From Kagunavirus BCH953P1: a stretch of DNA of 44,622 nucleotides. Each line of letters opens with the position of its first letter. Position 1 is the first letter of the stretch. A model generated the notes under the pieces. It was not told the origin of the DNA. It did no database searches and worked only from the letters and a program-made list of their open reading frames with translations. Both the position numbers and the translations under genes were made by a program. Below, piece by piece: positions 17,582-26,963 of this stretch. Location of the stretch: sequence record OZ035754.1; one strand, written 5' to 3'.

Positions 17582-18093
17582 GTCTGGAATCAGTAGAAGC
17601 CGCCTATCGCCGTAAGCTGGCCTCAAATCCCGACGGCGAGATGGATTACATCACATTACAAATCAGTCACCCGTTGCTATCGAAGACGTACTATCTTGTG
17701 CGCGGGCTACAGGAACTCACAGCAACACTGGAGACAGGCGAAACAATCACGTTCGAACCCACCCCGATGGAGGCGTCGGGGGCTTCAAACAACAGCGATA
17801 TGGACCAGACGACTACGTTTACTCTACCGGATATTCTCAATCAACTGGATGATGAGATGGATAAAATCCCGATGAGTAACACCGAGTTGCCGAAGTTCGT
17901 CTTCCGCCGTTACGTCAGCACCGACCTGTCTTATCCGGCTGACGGCCCGGTAGTGTACGAGTTGCAGGCCATCAACCAGGAGAAAGGCGAGTTCTCTGCG
18001 GATGTCGGTACACCTATGCTGAACCAACGAAGCACTGGTATACTTATGACACCTAAAGAGATACCGTTATTACGCGGCCTGTTGACCACATGA
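17578..18093 (+). CDS. minor tail protein
   Basis: Track ORF 17557..18093; start taken at internal ATG overlapping upstream stop. Confidence 0.5.
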   Translation: MSLESVEAAYRRKLASNPDGEMDYITLQISHPLLSKTYYLVRGLQELTATLETGETITFEPTPMEASGASNNSDMDQTTTFTLPDILNQLDDEMDKIPMSNTELPKFVFRRYVSTDLSYPADGPVVYELQAINQEKGEFSADVGTPMLNQRSTGILMTPKEIPLLRGLLTT

Positions 18094-18455
18094 ATATTAA
18101 CGACTACACGGGTATACCTTACGACTTTCGCAAGCGCAATTGCTGGCATCACGTGCGCATTGTACGGGCGGATGCCGGGTTAGAAACTCCGGCGTTCGAT
18201 GTTACAAGCCCAACGGCGATTAACGAAGCGTTTGACGAAGGCCACCGCGACACGAAGGGGCTTACGAAAATTGATAAGCCTGAAAACTTCTGTGCGGTGC
18301 TTATGGGGTATCGCCGTGGTGGTCGTATAGTGTGGCACGCAGGAGTTTACTTCGACGGGATGGTGAGTCATTGTGAGCTTGCTTCCCGCCAGGTACGGCT
18401 TGACAGGCTGGCGGACCTCAGAGACACGTACACGGAGATTGAATTTTGGCGATAA
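18090..18455 (+). CDS. NlpC/P60-family tail assembly / tail-associated peptidase
   Basis: 121 aa; candidate catalytic Cys in RKRNCWHHV and His in VWHAGVY; ATGA overlap. Confidence 0.55.
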   Translation: MNINDYTGIPYDFRKRNCWHHVRIVRADAGLETPAFDVTSPTAINEAFDEGHRDTKGLTKIDKPENFCAVLMGYRRGGRIVWHAGVYFDGMVSHCELASRQVRLDRLADLRDTYTEIEFWR

Positions 18456-21001
18456 TCCTGCACTACACTCGAAATGCGGAAGGCGCTTTCGACCGTACAA
18501 AACACGTCGGGATGCCGATGGAGTTTGTCGTTAACCGTATTCCTGACGGCGTGCCGGTGCGCGTCTACCTCGGCGAGATTGGCGATGATACAGATGTAAC
18601 CGACGACTTCGAAGCGCTCAAAGACGAAGATGCCGTGTACCACATTATCGAAGGTGCGGGTAGCGGGGCGCTTGGTGCGGTTAGTAAGGTGTTCGGTTTT
18701 ATCCTTAAGCCAATCGCTAAGTTGTTTGGGTTGAACATGTCCGCAAACGCCAACTACACGGCGACTAACAACCAGACAACGTCACCGAATAACAGCCTCA
18801 CAGACCGCTCCAACAAGCCGCGTCCTTACGAGCGTTCTTATGACATCTGCGGTACTGTGCAGACAATCCCTAATGACCTGATGCAGACGTACAAGGCGTT
18901 CAACTCAACGGGTGCTTTGCTGGAGTATTCGTACTATGACGCAGGGCGCGGGCATCTGCATATTGAGGCTGATGGCGTCACGGAAGGTGACACTCTGATA
19001 AGCGACATCACAGGTTCCTCTGTTGCCGTGTATGCGCCGTATACTTCCCCGAACAACACCGCATCTCCGCAGCTACAAATCGGCGACGTCATTGACCAGA
19101 AACTCTATGTGACATATTCCAATGACGACGTTGACGGTATTGTACTGAAAGCGCCAAACGACATCGGAGCTAACCCAAGCGCTGACGGTACAGCAAAACG
19201 TATATCAAACACCGGCTACATCTATGACCCGTCGGGCGACTCTGCTTTTTCTGAGTTTCTTAGCGTTGGTGATGTGGCGGTGCTTAGCAACTTTGACGTT
19301 GCTGACGTCACTAACCTGAACGGCTCGTTTGAGGTTTTATATGTCGACGACTTCGAGGTTCGGTTGTACGTCGGGAATATAGGTAATTGGGGAAACCTTA
19401 ATAGCGGAGAGACTTACGCACTTACAGAGCGTTCAGATACGTTTATCGGCCCGAGCAACACCTATGACGTATCCCTGACCGACTGGTATTACATGGTGCG
19501 CGGAGAAGTTGACCGGGTGCTTGCTAACGTTGCCGGGCAGAACGGCCTCTACAAATACGACGGTGGGTATAACCGCACCAGCGTAACGGTGGAACTCCAG
19601 TACCAAATGATTGATTCTCAGCGTAACCCGTTGAGCGACATTTACACAGTACAGGCCACCATTACAGGCAACAATACGGATTACGTCGGTACGTCCATTT
19701 ATGGGCAGTTACCGACGGCGTCCCGTTTCCGCGCCCGTATGCGCCGCATAACGAATTATGACAAGGACTACGACGGAACAGTAAGCGACGAGATAACGTT
19801 CATTAACCTGTATGGGCAGTCACTGGACACCACACCGCACTACGGCAACAGAACTACCGTACATTGCGCCCGTAAACAGACGCCGCGCGCCGCCAGCATA
19901 GACAACCCGGAACTGCGCATGATTGCGACCGAGATGTGCTACAAATACTTAGGCAATGGAGTATTCGATACGGTAATGTCGCCAAATACTCAGGCTGTGC
20001 AGTCGCTAATCAGACTGGCACGTGACCCGGCGGTGGGTAATCTGCAACTGACAACGGCAAACATGGACAAGTTACTCGCCGTGCAGGAAGAGATTGAGTC
20101 CTATTTCGGAAGTGAATTAGCGGGGCAGTTCTGCTACACGTTCGACGACTACGACACCACGATGCAGGACATCGTTCAGACTATAGCGGAAGCCGTGTTC
20201 TGCACCGCGTACCGTAAAGGCGCGGATATTATGCTGCGATTCGACCGTCCGGTTGCTGGGCCTGAGATGGTGTTCACACACCGCAGCAAAACTACCGGTA
20301 CGGAGAAGTGGTCCCGCACGTTCAACGATTCGACGACCTACGATAGTCTGTCATTCTCGTACATCGACCCGGATACTAACGTACAGGAAACGATTTATAT
20401 CCCGGAAGAACTCGGAGCAAACACCGAGGAATACGAATCGAAGGGCGTGCGGAACTATCAGCAAGCGTACTGGCTGGCGTGGCGTCGCTACCAGCGCAAC
20501 ATGTTAAGTAAAGTTGTCGTAGAGTTCGAAGCGACCGAAGAGGGGGCACTCGCTACACCGGGCGGCGTAATCAGTGTGGTTAAAGGATCTCGCATCGCTC
20601 CTCAGGACGGCTATGTTGTTGCCGTTAATGGGCTTACGCTTACGCTGTCTCAGCCTGTTACGTTTACCCCAGGGGATGGCCATTCCATCATACTCAAGAA
20701 GCGCGACGGCTCGGTGCAGAGTATCTCTGTTATCAAAGGAAGTCACGACCGTGAGGTGATTATGCTCTCCGCGCCGGAGGAGGCAATCTACACAGGGAAT
20801 AGTGCACTAAAAACTGAGTTTTCATTCGGCAACGAAGCAAGGCATAATGCTCAGAAGATAGTTGTTTCCTCAATCGACCCGGGCGACGACCGCACGGTCA
20901 GGATTACTGGTTACAACTATGACGACGGATTCTATAAATACGACGGCGTCGCGCCATACGGCAGCGGTTTCTCCGACGGATACAGCAACGGTTTTTATTA
21001 A
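18446..21001 (+). CDS. tail tip / central tail fiber protein (host-specificity J-like)
   Basis: 851 aa, large beta-rich protein in distal tail cluster; likely TTG start at 18446, start uncertain. Confidence 0.6.
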   Translation: MAIILHYTRNAEGAFDRTKHVGMPMEFVVNRIPDGVPVRVYLGEIGDDTDVTDDFEALKDEDAVYHIIEGAGSGALGAVSKVFGFILKPIAKLFGLNMSANANYTATNNQTTSPNNSLTDRSNKPRPYERSYDICGTVQTIPNDLMQTYKAFNSTGALLEYSYYDAGRGHLHIEADGVTEGDTLISDITGSSVAVYAPYTSPNNTASPQLQIGDVIDQKLYVTYSNDDVDGIVLKAPNDIGANPSADGTAKRISNTGYIYDPSGDSAFSEFLSVGDVAVLSNFDVADVTNLNGSFEVLYVDDFEVRLYVGNIGNWGNLNSGETYALTERSDTFIGPSNTYDVSLTDWYYMVRGEVDRVLANVAGQNGLYKYDGGYNRTSVTVELQYQMIDSQRNPLSDIYTVQATITGNNTDYVGTSIYGQLPTASRFRARMRRITNYDKDYDGTVSDEITFINLYGQSLDTTPHYGNRTTVHCARKQTPRAASIDNPELRMIATEMCYKYLGNGVFDTVMSPNTQAVQSLIRLARDPAVGNLQLTTANMDKLLAVQEEIESYFGSELAGQFCYTFDDYDTTMQDIVQTIAEAVFCTAYRKGADIMLRFDRPVAGPEMVFTHRSKTTGTEKWSRTFNDSTTYDSLSFSYIDPDTNVQETIYIPEELGANTEEYESKGVRNYQQAYWLAWRRYQRNMLSKVVVEFEATEEGALATPGGVISVVKGSRIAPQDGYVVAVNGLTLTLSQPVTFTPGDGHSIILKKRDGSVQSISVIKGSHDREVIMLSAPEEAIYTGNSALKTEFSFGNEARHNAQKIVVSSIDPGDDRTVRITGYNYDDGFYKYDGVAPYGSGFSDGYSNGFY

Positions 21002-21013
21002 AGAGGATTCTAT

Positions 21014-22960
21014 ATGTCAAGCGGATGCGGTGACGTTTTATCGCTGGAAGATCTGAAAACGGCCAAGAAGCACCAGACCTTTGAGGCCGAAGTCATTACA
21101 GGGCGCGCAGGTGGTATATCATCCGGCGCGGAGATTGACTTTGCGACTAACCAGGTTACCGGACAAGTACAAAAAACTCTTCCGGCGATCCTGCGTGACA
21201 TGGGCTTTGACCCCGCGGCATTTGATTTCACCACCGGCGGCACTGTAACAGCACGTGACACCGTGGTTTACAATTCGGCGGATAATAACTGGTATTCGTG
21301 GGCGGGAGCGCTGCCGCATGTTGTTGTGCCGGGCACTGACCCGACGGCGGACAGTAACTGGAAACCGCGCACGGATCAGTTATTGCGGCAAAACCTGGCA
21401 TCATCCGTGATTCCGGGGACTTCGTTAGTGACCCACTCCGACGGTATTCCGCTTGATGATTATATAGAGATTTTTAACAGAAGAACTAAGTTTGTAATGC
21501 CCGAGGATTTTTCCGGCACTGACACCGAACAGTTACTGGCTGCAAACAGCTATGCGAAAGCAAATAGTGTTAACTTAGTTCTGCAACCAGGAAAGACATA
21601 TATCCTTACTGGTTCTACTGGCCTGGACATTGATTTAGGGTATTTTTCTTTTGGGTGTCCTTTTGGGCGTGCGGGTATCGACGCAACCGGTTTTACAGGT
21701 GATGCCCCGATATGGGTGCATTCCTCGGCGCCGTACTCCGTAGGTTATCGGGTGCATTCTAATATCATGCGCGGTGTATCAGTCGTTGGTAGCCTGAAAG
21801 GAACAGGGCAAGCAGGGATAATCATTGGTAATAAAAATAATAACGCCAATGGGACATATAACGGCGATTGCAACATAATGCATTGCAGTTTCAAAAACTT
21901 TGACAAATTACTATTAGCCACTAACTCAACTTGGCGTTATAAATTCACCGATTGCGGTTTTACCACAGAACTGACGGGAACAACGCACGCTATGCACTTC
22001 CCTTCGGGGCTTTCCGATTCTGGGGAGAGTATCAGTTTTGACAACTGTAAGATCTACGATACTAAGGGCGCTAAAATTCTGCTGGAATGCGCCAACTTCT
22101 CAATAGGTATGTCCGGCACATCCATCCTCAACTGCCCGGTAGAAATAACGGGCGCCGGTGCTTTAATAAATCTCGATAAAACCAGCAATATAGAGAATCC
22201 TGTAGCATCTGCATGGTATCGTTATGTTAAAGTTACGGGCGTGGGTGCTCGATTTAATTTTAACGGATGTACTATTGTCTGTAACAACATGTCTGTACAA
22301 ACACAGCCACTGTTTGAAGTTGGGCCAAATGCGTTTTTGGATTTCAGCCACGTTAAAATGCCGGGTAATAACTATCTTTTCCAGAACGGGACAGAAGGGC
22401 TAAGAACTTTTGTTGAGGGTGACGGATATGTTATCGCGACATCTGTCATCGCTGACATTGCTTCAGGAGCAGGAAATATTCCGCTACATAAATCATTAAA
22501 CCCTACCCGAAACTCAGGTTTTGAGACTGGTGATTTATCATCGTGGTCATTTAATAATCAGGGGTCTGCTAGTCAAACATGCGTAGTTGGTACAGCATAT
22601 AAGAAAACAGGTACCTATGGTGCGAGAATGACATCGTTCGGGTCATTAAGTTGTTTCTTAACTCAAAATGTAAAAGTAACACAGCATAATTATTACACGG
22701 TAACGTGCCAAATCAATACAATAACGGCAGGAGCAGGAACAACGGCAGGGGCGCTAACCGTTACATTTTACGATAGGGCTGGTAGCGCCATCCAATCAGG
22801 TGCAAGTAGTTCTTTTACTAATACACCTAGTGGATGGCAATCTGTAGGACAGTTCATACAAGGCCGAGTGCCGCAGGCCGCGGAATACTGCGAAGTGTCG
22901 ATACGCTGCCGTGAGGGTGCCGTTATTGACGTTGATAATTTTATTATTAATTTTACATAG
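21014..22960 (+). CDS. receptor-binding tail fiber / tailspike (possible beta-helix with C-terminal carbohydrate-binding region)
   Basis: 648 aa, last large late gene; SD AGAGGA; 3' two-thirds visibly AT-richer than the rest of the genome. Confidence 0.6.
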   Translation: MSSGCGDVLSLEDLKTAKKHQTFEAEVITGRAGGISSGAEIDFATNQVTGQVQKTLPAILRDMGFDPAAFDFTTGGTVTARDTVVYNSADNNWYSWAGALPHVVVPGTDPTADSNWKPRTDQLLRQNLASSVIPGTSLVTHSDGIPLDDYIEIFNRRTKFVMPEDFSGTDTEQLLAANSYAKANSVNLVLQPGKTYILTGSTGLDIDLGYFSFGCPFGRAGIDATGFTGDAPIWVHSSAPYSVGYRVHSNIMRGVSVVGSLKGTGQAGIIIGNKNNNANGTYNGDCNIMHCSFKNFDKLLLATNSTWRYKFTDCGFTTELTGTTHAMHFPSGLSDSGESISFDNCKIYDTKGAKILLECANFSIGMSGTSILNCPVEITGAGALINLDKTSNIENPVASAWYRYVKVTGVGARFNFNGCTIVCNNMSVQTQPLFEVGPNAFLDFSHVKMPGNNYLFQNGTEGLRTFVEGDGYVIATSVIADIASGAGNIPLHKSLNPTRNSGFETGDLSSWSFNNQGSASQTCVVGTAYKKTGTYGARMTSFGSLSCFLTQNVKVTQHNYYTVTCQINTITAGAGTTAGALTVTFYDRAGSAIQSGASSSFTNTPSGWQSVGQFIQGRVPQAAEYCEVSIRCREGAVIDVDNFIINFT

Positions 22961-22969
22961 GGGCGTGAA

Positions 22970-23143
22970 ATGTTAAAAGTAAATGTGTGGTTTATGTCAA
23001 CTGGCAATCTTCCTGTCACGGTGGACATAGATGCTGGCGAATTATCATTTTCTGATGAAATTGAAAAACAAGATTATGTGTTGGATTACTTAATGAACAA
23101 TGGATTTTCCGACAAAGAAGGATTGACGTTTAAAATAGATTAA
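22970..23143 (+). CDS. hypothetical small protein (57 aa), AT-rich
   Basis: ORF read from sequence just after the fiber gene and before the late terminator. Confidence 0.3.
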   Translation: MLKVNVWFMSTGNLPVTVDIDAGELSFSDEIEKQDYVLDYLMNNGFSDKEGLTFKID

Positions 23144-23175
23144 GGGGCGCAAGCCCCTTTCATTTTAAATTTTTG
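23142..23175 (+). terminator. rho-independent terminator at end of late operon (aggggc-gcaa-gcccct then T-rich)
   Basis: Hairpin followed by ttcattttaaattttt, seen directly. Confidence 0.6.
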
Positions 23176-23214
23176 CGTTATGATTTAGCGTGAAGTCTAA
23201 ATCTCAGCCAAAAT

Positions 23215-23343
23215 CTAGCACCTTGCACATTTCCTGACCGGCTTCTGGCACATTTTAACCGGAGTGACCGCCGTGGCGAAACCGGCATACGAGCAGCCCA
23301 GAACGGCGGCCAGAGTAATCGCGACAGCGGTAATACGATTCAT
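23215..23343 (-). CDS. hypothetical small lipoprotein-like peptide (42 aa)
   Basis: Read from sequence; N-terminus MNRITAVAITLAAVLGC resembles a signal peptide with lipobox; weak. Confidence 0.25.
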   Translation of the reverse strand: MNRITAVAITLAAVLGCSYAGFATAVTPVKMCQKPVRKCARC

Positions 23344-23385
23344 TGTGTTTGCTCCTGAAAGTAGGCCCCGAACGGGGCCTTTTCT

Positions 23386-23523
23386 CTACTCTTCTGATAA
23401 CTTCTCCAGTACAAACGCCAGTTGCGCGTTAGCGGCGTCTCTTTGCTGTCGTAGTCGTAGAACCTCCTCTTCGAGTTCCTTGATACGTTTTTGCAATGCC
23501 GGAATCGGAGCTATGATGTTCAT
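23386..23523 (-). CDS. hypothetical small coiled-coil protein (45 aa)
   Basis: Read from sequence; ATGA overlap with upstream ORF 23520..23705. Confidence 0.3.
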   Translation of the reverse strand: MNIIAPIPALQKRIKELEEEVLRLRQQRDAANAQLAFVLEKLSEE

Positions 23524-23705
23524 TTCTTACCTTCACTTTTCTTGAAACTGCGCTTTATATCCGGCAGCGTGTAGCACCGTGATTTTTCGTATTTACCGTC
23601 CGAGCTTACCAAAACAAAGCTGTTGCCGTCTCTTGATATGTACTCGATGGTGAAAATATTGAATGAATGTACGCTGTATATTTCATCGCCAACATTAAGT
23701 TTCAT
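23520..23705 (-). CDS. hypothetical protein (61 aa)
   Basis: Track ORF; ATGA overlap with the helicase gene upstream. Confidence 0.45.
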   Translation of the reverse strand: MKLNVGDEIYSVHSFNIFTIEYISRDGNSFVLVSSDGKYEKSRCYTLPDIKRSFKKSEGKK

Positions 23706-25126
23706 TTCTTACCTCGTCTCTTCATGTAATTTAGCAATTCTTCCTGGACCGATTTCTTCTCGTCCGTACGCGCAGCGACAACCTCATCCAGCGTGTCTTT
23801 AGCGACGATATGATAGAGGAACACCGGGCGCTCGTGGCCCGCCTGCTTCTGACGGACCGGGCCTATACGCTCAACAACCTGCAAATAGTGCTCAAGGTTC
23901 CAGCCTTGCGAAATAAACGCCAGATGATGGCCGCCGTCCTGTAAATTCAAACCATGACCGGCTGACGCAGGGTGAACGCATAAGATTTCGATTTCCCCAC
24001 GGTTCCACGCTTCCATCTGCTTATTACCCTTAGCACCTTTTGCGAACGCCTGCGCCTGCGGGAATCGCTTAAGGATGCGCTCAAGTTCGTGCTTGAACTG
24101 ATAGGCGACCAGCAACGGCGCTCCCTGTAACTCCTCGACAATCGACTCCAGCGCATCAAGTTTCGTGTCGTGCACTTTCTCCCAGTCTTTGGTTGCTTCG
24201 CCATCCGGTCCTGATACATACACGGCACCGGATGCAATCTGCAGACACTTCGACGTCTTCGCTGCGGCGTTAGCCGCTTCAACTTCTCCGCTCTCCAGTT
24301 CCGCGAATAACTTTTCCTCCATATCGATGTACGCCTGACGCGCCTTCTTCGGCAGGTCGATTTCAACCGGTACGATAACGGGCGCTTCACAACCGAACCA
24401 CTCAGCGGCATCAATCGTAAGGCTGATGTCCTTCATCTTCTGGTGAATTTCATTATCCGCACCCGGGCGGGCGTGGTACTCACGCGCCATCACCGACTTA
24501 CCTTTCTGTACCGAGTTAAACCATCGGTCGGTGAACGCGGTGTATGAAGAACCAAGTCGCTCGCCAGCGTCGATAAACCAGTTCTGCCCCCACAAGTCCT
24601 TGAGGCCGTTTGGCGACGGTGTACCGGTCAGGTTAATGAAGCGCTTAACCTTTCCAAATGCCACTTTGCTGAGCGCCTTAGCCCGCTTGCTCCCACCAGA
24701 ACGGCTACGGAATGATTTCAGTTTCGTGCTTTCATCAGCAACGATAACCGTAAAAGGCCAGTCGTCTTTGCCGTAGTAGTCAATTAGCCACTCGATAACT
24801 TCGTAGTTAGTACACACCACGTTAGCGTCCGACTCCAGCGCCGCGATGCGGCGCTTCTCTGAACCGGTCGCATCGACGACACGTAGACAAGGGAAGTTCC
24901 ATTTCTCTTGTTCTGCAGGCCATGTACCTGACGCAACACGTAAGGGGGCGAGGATTAACACACGGTCGTCGTCCGTAAGTTGCCCATTACGAAACAGGCG
25001 GTTTAGCACCCACATAGTAGAGGAGGTTTTACCCCCTCCCATGCCGCACCAGATATTACAGCGCGGATGTTGTAGCATGAACGAAGTCATGAGCTTCTGG
25101 TACTCTCGACGGATAAATTTAGACAT
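23702..25126 (-). CDS. SNF2/DEAD-like superfamily 2 DNA helicase
   Basis: Walker A GMGGGKTS, DExx motif VIVADEST, C-terminal helicase domain; start at internal ATG 25126 (MSKFIRRE) 2 nt after the methyltransferase stop; track ORF extends to 25444. Confidence 0.8.
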   Translation of the reverse strand: MSKFIRREYQKLMTSFMLQHPRCNIWCGMGGGKTSSTMWVLNRLFRNGQLTDDDRVLILAPLRVASGTWPAEQEKWNFPCLRVVDATGSEKRRIAALESDANVVCTNYEVIEWLIDYYGKDDWPFTVIVADESTKLKSFRSRSGGSKRAKALSKVAFGKVKRFINLTGTPSPNGLKDLWGQNWFIDAGERLGSSYTAFTDRWFNSVQKGKSVMAREYHARPGADNEIHQKMKDISLTIDAAEWFGCEAPVIVPVEIDLPKKARQAYIDMEEKLFAELESGEVEAANAAAKTSKCLQIASGAVYVSGPDGEATKDWEKVHDTKLDALESIVEELQGAPLLVAYQFKHELERILKRFPQAQAFAKGAKGNKQMEAWNRGEIEILCVHPASAGHGLNLQDGGHHLAFISQGWNLEHYLQVVERIGPVRQKQAGHERPVFLYHIVAKDTLDEVVAARTDEKKSVQEELLNYMKRRGKK

Positions 25127-25802
25127 GATTAGCCCCGTAAACTGCTTTTGCGAAACCACGCGGAGTAAGGCTGCGGATTGTTTTTGTTCTGGCGCTCTTT
25201 CCGCCGAGTTTAGCCCAACCAGGGTTATCTCCACTACCCACGGCAACCTCGGCAACGTCGGGCATAACAAACCCATTTCCGGCCCACAGGCACGTCTTTT
25301 TAACATATGCATCTCGCGCCGGGATAACATCCGGGAACATTGGATGTGTGTCGTCTTCGGGTAAATAGCCGCCGTATTCGTACGGATTGAACGCGTAGTC
25401 AGGCTTACGCCATAAAGACGAAAGAACGCTAACCGGGTTCTCAATCATATACGGTACGTTGTACTTTTTAGCCAGACGCGCAGCCACTTTGCATGTAATC
25501 ACGGCCTCTACCTGAAACGTTGGGTTCCTTCTCCGCTTCGTTTCGAAATGGGCCGCGCCGCTAACGGCTAAATCTGTGCATGGGGGGAACGCGAAAATAA
25601 TATCCGGCGCAACGTCGAAGTCGAATTTATTATCAATCCACGCGTTTATATAGTGGATGTTCTCGTGTTCAACTTTTGCGCCCAATCGTGCATAGTCTCC
25701 GTGGTCGGCGCCATCGTAGTTGAAACAATAGCAAGTATGGCCTGCTTCCGCCCACGGCTGGGCCATAAGGCCCGAACCGTCAAACAATGACCAGACAATC
25801 AT
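25119..25802 (-). CDS. DNA (cytosine-5) methyltransferase-like protein
   Basis: 227 aa; motif I-like LFDGSG, motif IV-like FPPCT (PC dipeptide), motif VI-like ENP; short for a full C5-MTase. Confidence 0.5.
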   Translation of the reverse strand: MIVWSLFDGSGLMAQPWAEAGHTCYCFNYDGADHGDYARLGAKVEHENIHYINAWIDNKFDFDVAPDIIFAFPPCTDLAVSGAAHFETKRRRNPTFQVEAVITCKVAARLAKKYNVPYMIENPVSVLSSLWRKPDYAFNPYEYGGYLPEDDTHPMFPDVIPARDAYVKKTCLWAGNGFVMPDVAEVAVGSGDNPGWAKLGGKSARTKTIRSLTPRGFAKAVYGANHV

Positions 25803-25990
25803 TTCGCCACCAGAACTAGCTCTTTACGTCCGAACGCCGTAACGTTACCCGTTACATCTTCGATAACCAGTTTACCGTTCGACTCGACGAACACCGTATC
25901 AACGGCAACAGGACGACGTGTCTTAACGTTGAAAATCATGTCGCCTGGTACGATGTCACGTGCTGGTTTGCGGTCATATTCGTGTTTCAT
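25799..25990 (-). CDS. hypothetical protein (63 aa)
   Basis: Track ORF with ATGA overlap. Confidence 0.45.
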   Translation of the reverse strand: MKHEYDRKPARDIVPGDMIFNVKTRRPVAVDTVFVESNGKLVIEDVTGNVTAFGRKELVLVAK

Positions 25991-26029
25991 TTCTCAATTC
26001 CTTATAGTTAAGGCCCAGAAGGGCCTGTA

Positions 26030-26284
26030 TTAGTTAGATAATTCGGCTTGAACTTGCTTAATAAGTTCTCCAGCCGTTGTGAAGTCTACAGACAGCCCTT
26101 TAGCGACGTCTTCCGCAAGCACCTTGCGGCCAACTGACCCGAAACCCAGGGTACGGTTTACTTCCGAAACCTTCATAGACCATGAGTAATTAGCCGACGC
26201 CCCTGTGTATTTACAGATGCGAACAGATGAATCGATTGAACCGAGAATCATGGTGTTTACTGACAGTTGAAGTTCGATAGCCAT
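26030..26284 (-). CDS. hypothetical protein (84 aa)
   Basis: Track ORF downstream of promoter P3. Confidence 0.5.
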   Translation of the reverse strand: MAIELQLSVNTMILGSIDSSVRICKYTGASANYSWSMKVSEVNRTLGFGSVGRKVLAEDVAKGLSVDFTTAGELIKQVQAELSN

Positions 26285-26285
26285 T

Positions 26286-26600
26286 TTATAATTCCTTATA
26301 TTGTTGGGGTATGTGCTTACTATAATAGTCTGCTATTAGGGTGTCAACCTGTTTTATAGAGCCAACCACAAAAACATTTGCGCCGCGTTTGCGCATCCGC
26401 TCATGTTCTCGTAGCTGGTGCGGGTCTGGCTTCGTGTTTTCGTCTTTCTTAACCTCGACAAACCATATGATGCCGCCGGGGAGCATTACCAGCAAGTCGG
26501 GGGCGCCGGAGCGCCCCTCGTAGGAAAGTTTACGAACGAGGCCCCCCAGGGCCTCGAATCGGTCTTTCGCGTATTTCTGTACGCGGCCCTCTTTAGTCAT
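26286..26600 (-). CDS. VRR-NUC domain nuclease (PD-(D/E)xK)
   Basis: 104 aa; GAPDLLVM ... FVEVK pattern typical of VRR-NUC. Confidence 0.55.
   Translation of the reverse strand: MTKEGRVQKYAKDRFEALGGLVRKLSYEGRSGAPDLLVMLPGGIIWFVEVKKDENTKPDPHQLREHERMRKRGANVFVVGSIKQVDTLIADYYSKHIPQQYKEL
26319..26347 (-). promoter_or_regulatory. sigma70-type promoter P3 (TTGACA-N17-TATAGT), A-family
   Basis: On minus strand TTGACACCCTAATAGCAGACTATTATAGT; lies in the 3' end of the VRR-NUC gene, upstream of 26030..26284. Confidence 0.55.
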
Positions 26601-26749
26601 GGCCGCAGAGCCCAGGTTATAAACGCCCCACCGAGAACGGCAACGCCAACAAACTTAAAGAACAGGCCATAACAGAACATCGCAGCTATTCCAGCGCCGA
26701 GTAATAGTGCGAGCAGGGCTACTATCGTCCAAAATACAAGCATTGTCAT
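26597..26749 (-). CDS. hypothetical small membrane peptide (50 aa)
   Basis: Read from sequence; hydrophobic (MTMLVFWTIVALLALLLGAGIAAMF...); SD GGGAGGGG; stop overlaps VRR-NUC start. Confidence 0.3.
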   Translation of the reverse strand: MTMLVFWTIVALLALLLGAGIAAMFCYGLFFKFVGVAVLGGAFITWALRP

Positions 26750-26831
26750 AATATGCACCCCTCCCGTTTCGTATGCTCAATCCCGCATCGCGGACAGATT
26801 CGACAGTCTTCTTCATAGACCCAGTAAATTT

Positions 26832-26963
26832 TCACTCCAGCACCCACAGATAAATTGCGATAAACATACCTAATACGGCGACCATCATGCCGTATTGACC
26901 CTCGTGACAGTAGACACCGGCGGCGAATCCCGCCAGTACCGCGATAATCAGTTTACTTAGCAT
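26832..26963 (-). CDS. hypothetical small membrane peptide (43 aa)
   Basis: Read from sequence; hydrophobic; start overlaps DNA polymerase stop. Confidence 0.3.
   Translation of the reverse strand: MLSKLIIAVLAGFAAGVYCHEGQYGMMVAVLGMFIAIYLWVLE

Noticed and set aside
23264-23545. 93-aa plus-strand ORF between the late terminator and the helicase block
   Set aside because: Runs through a terminator hairpin and across two compact minus-strand small ORFs with coupled start/stop overlaps; the minus-strand reading is more parsimonious
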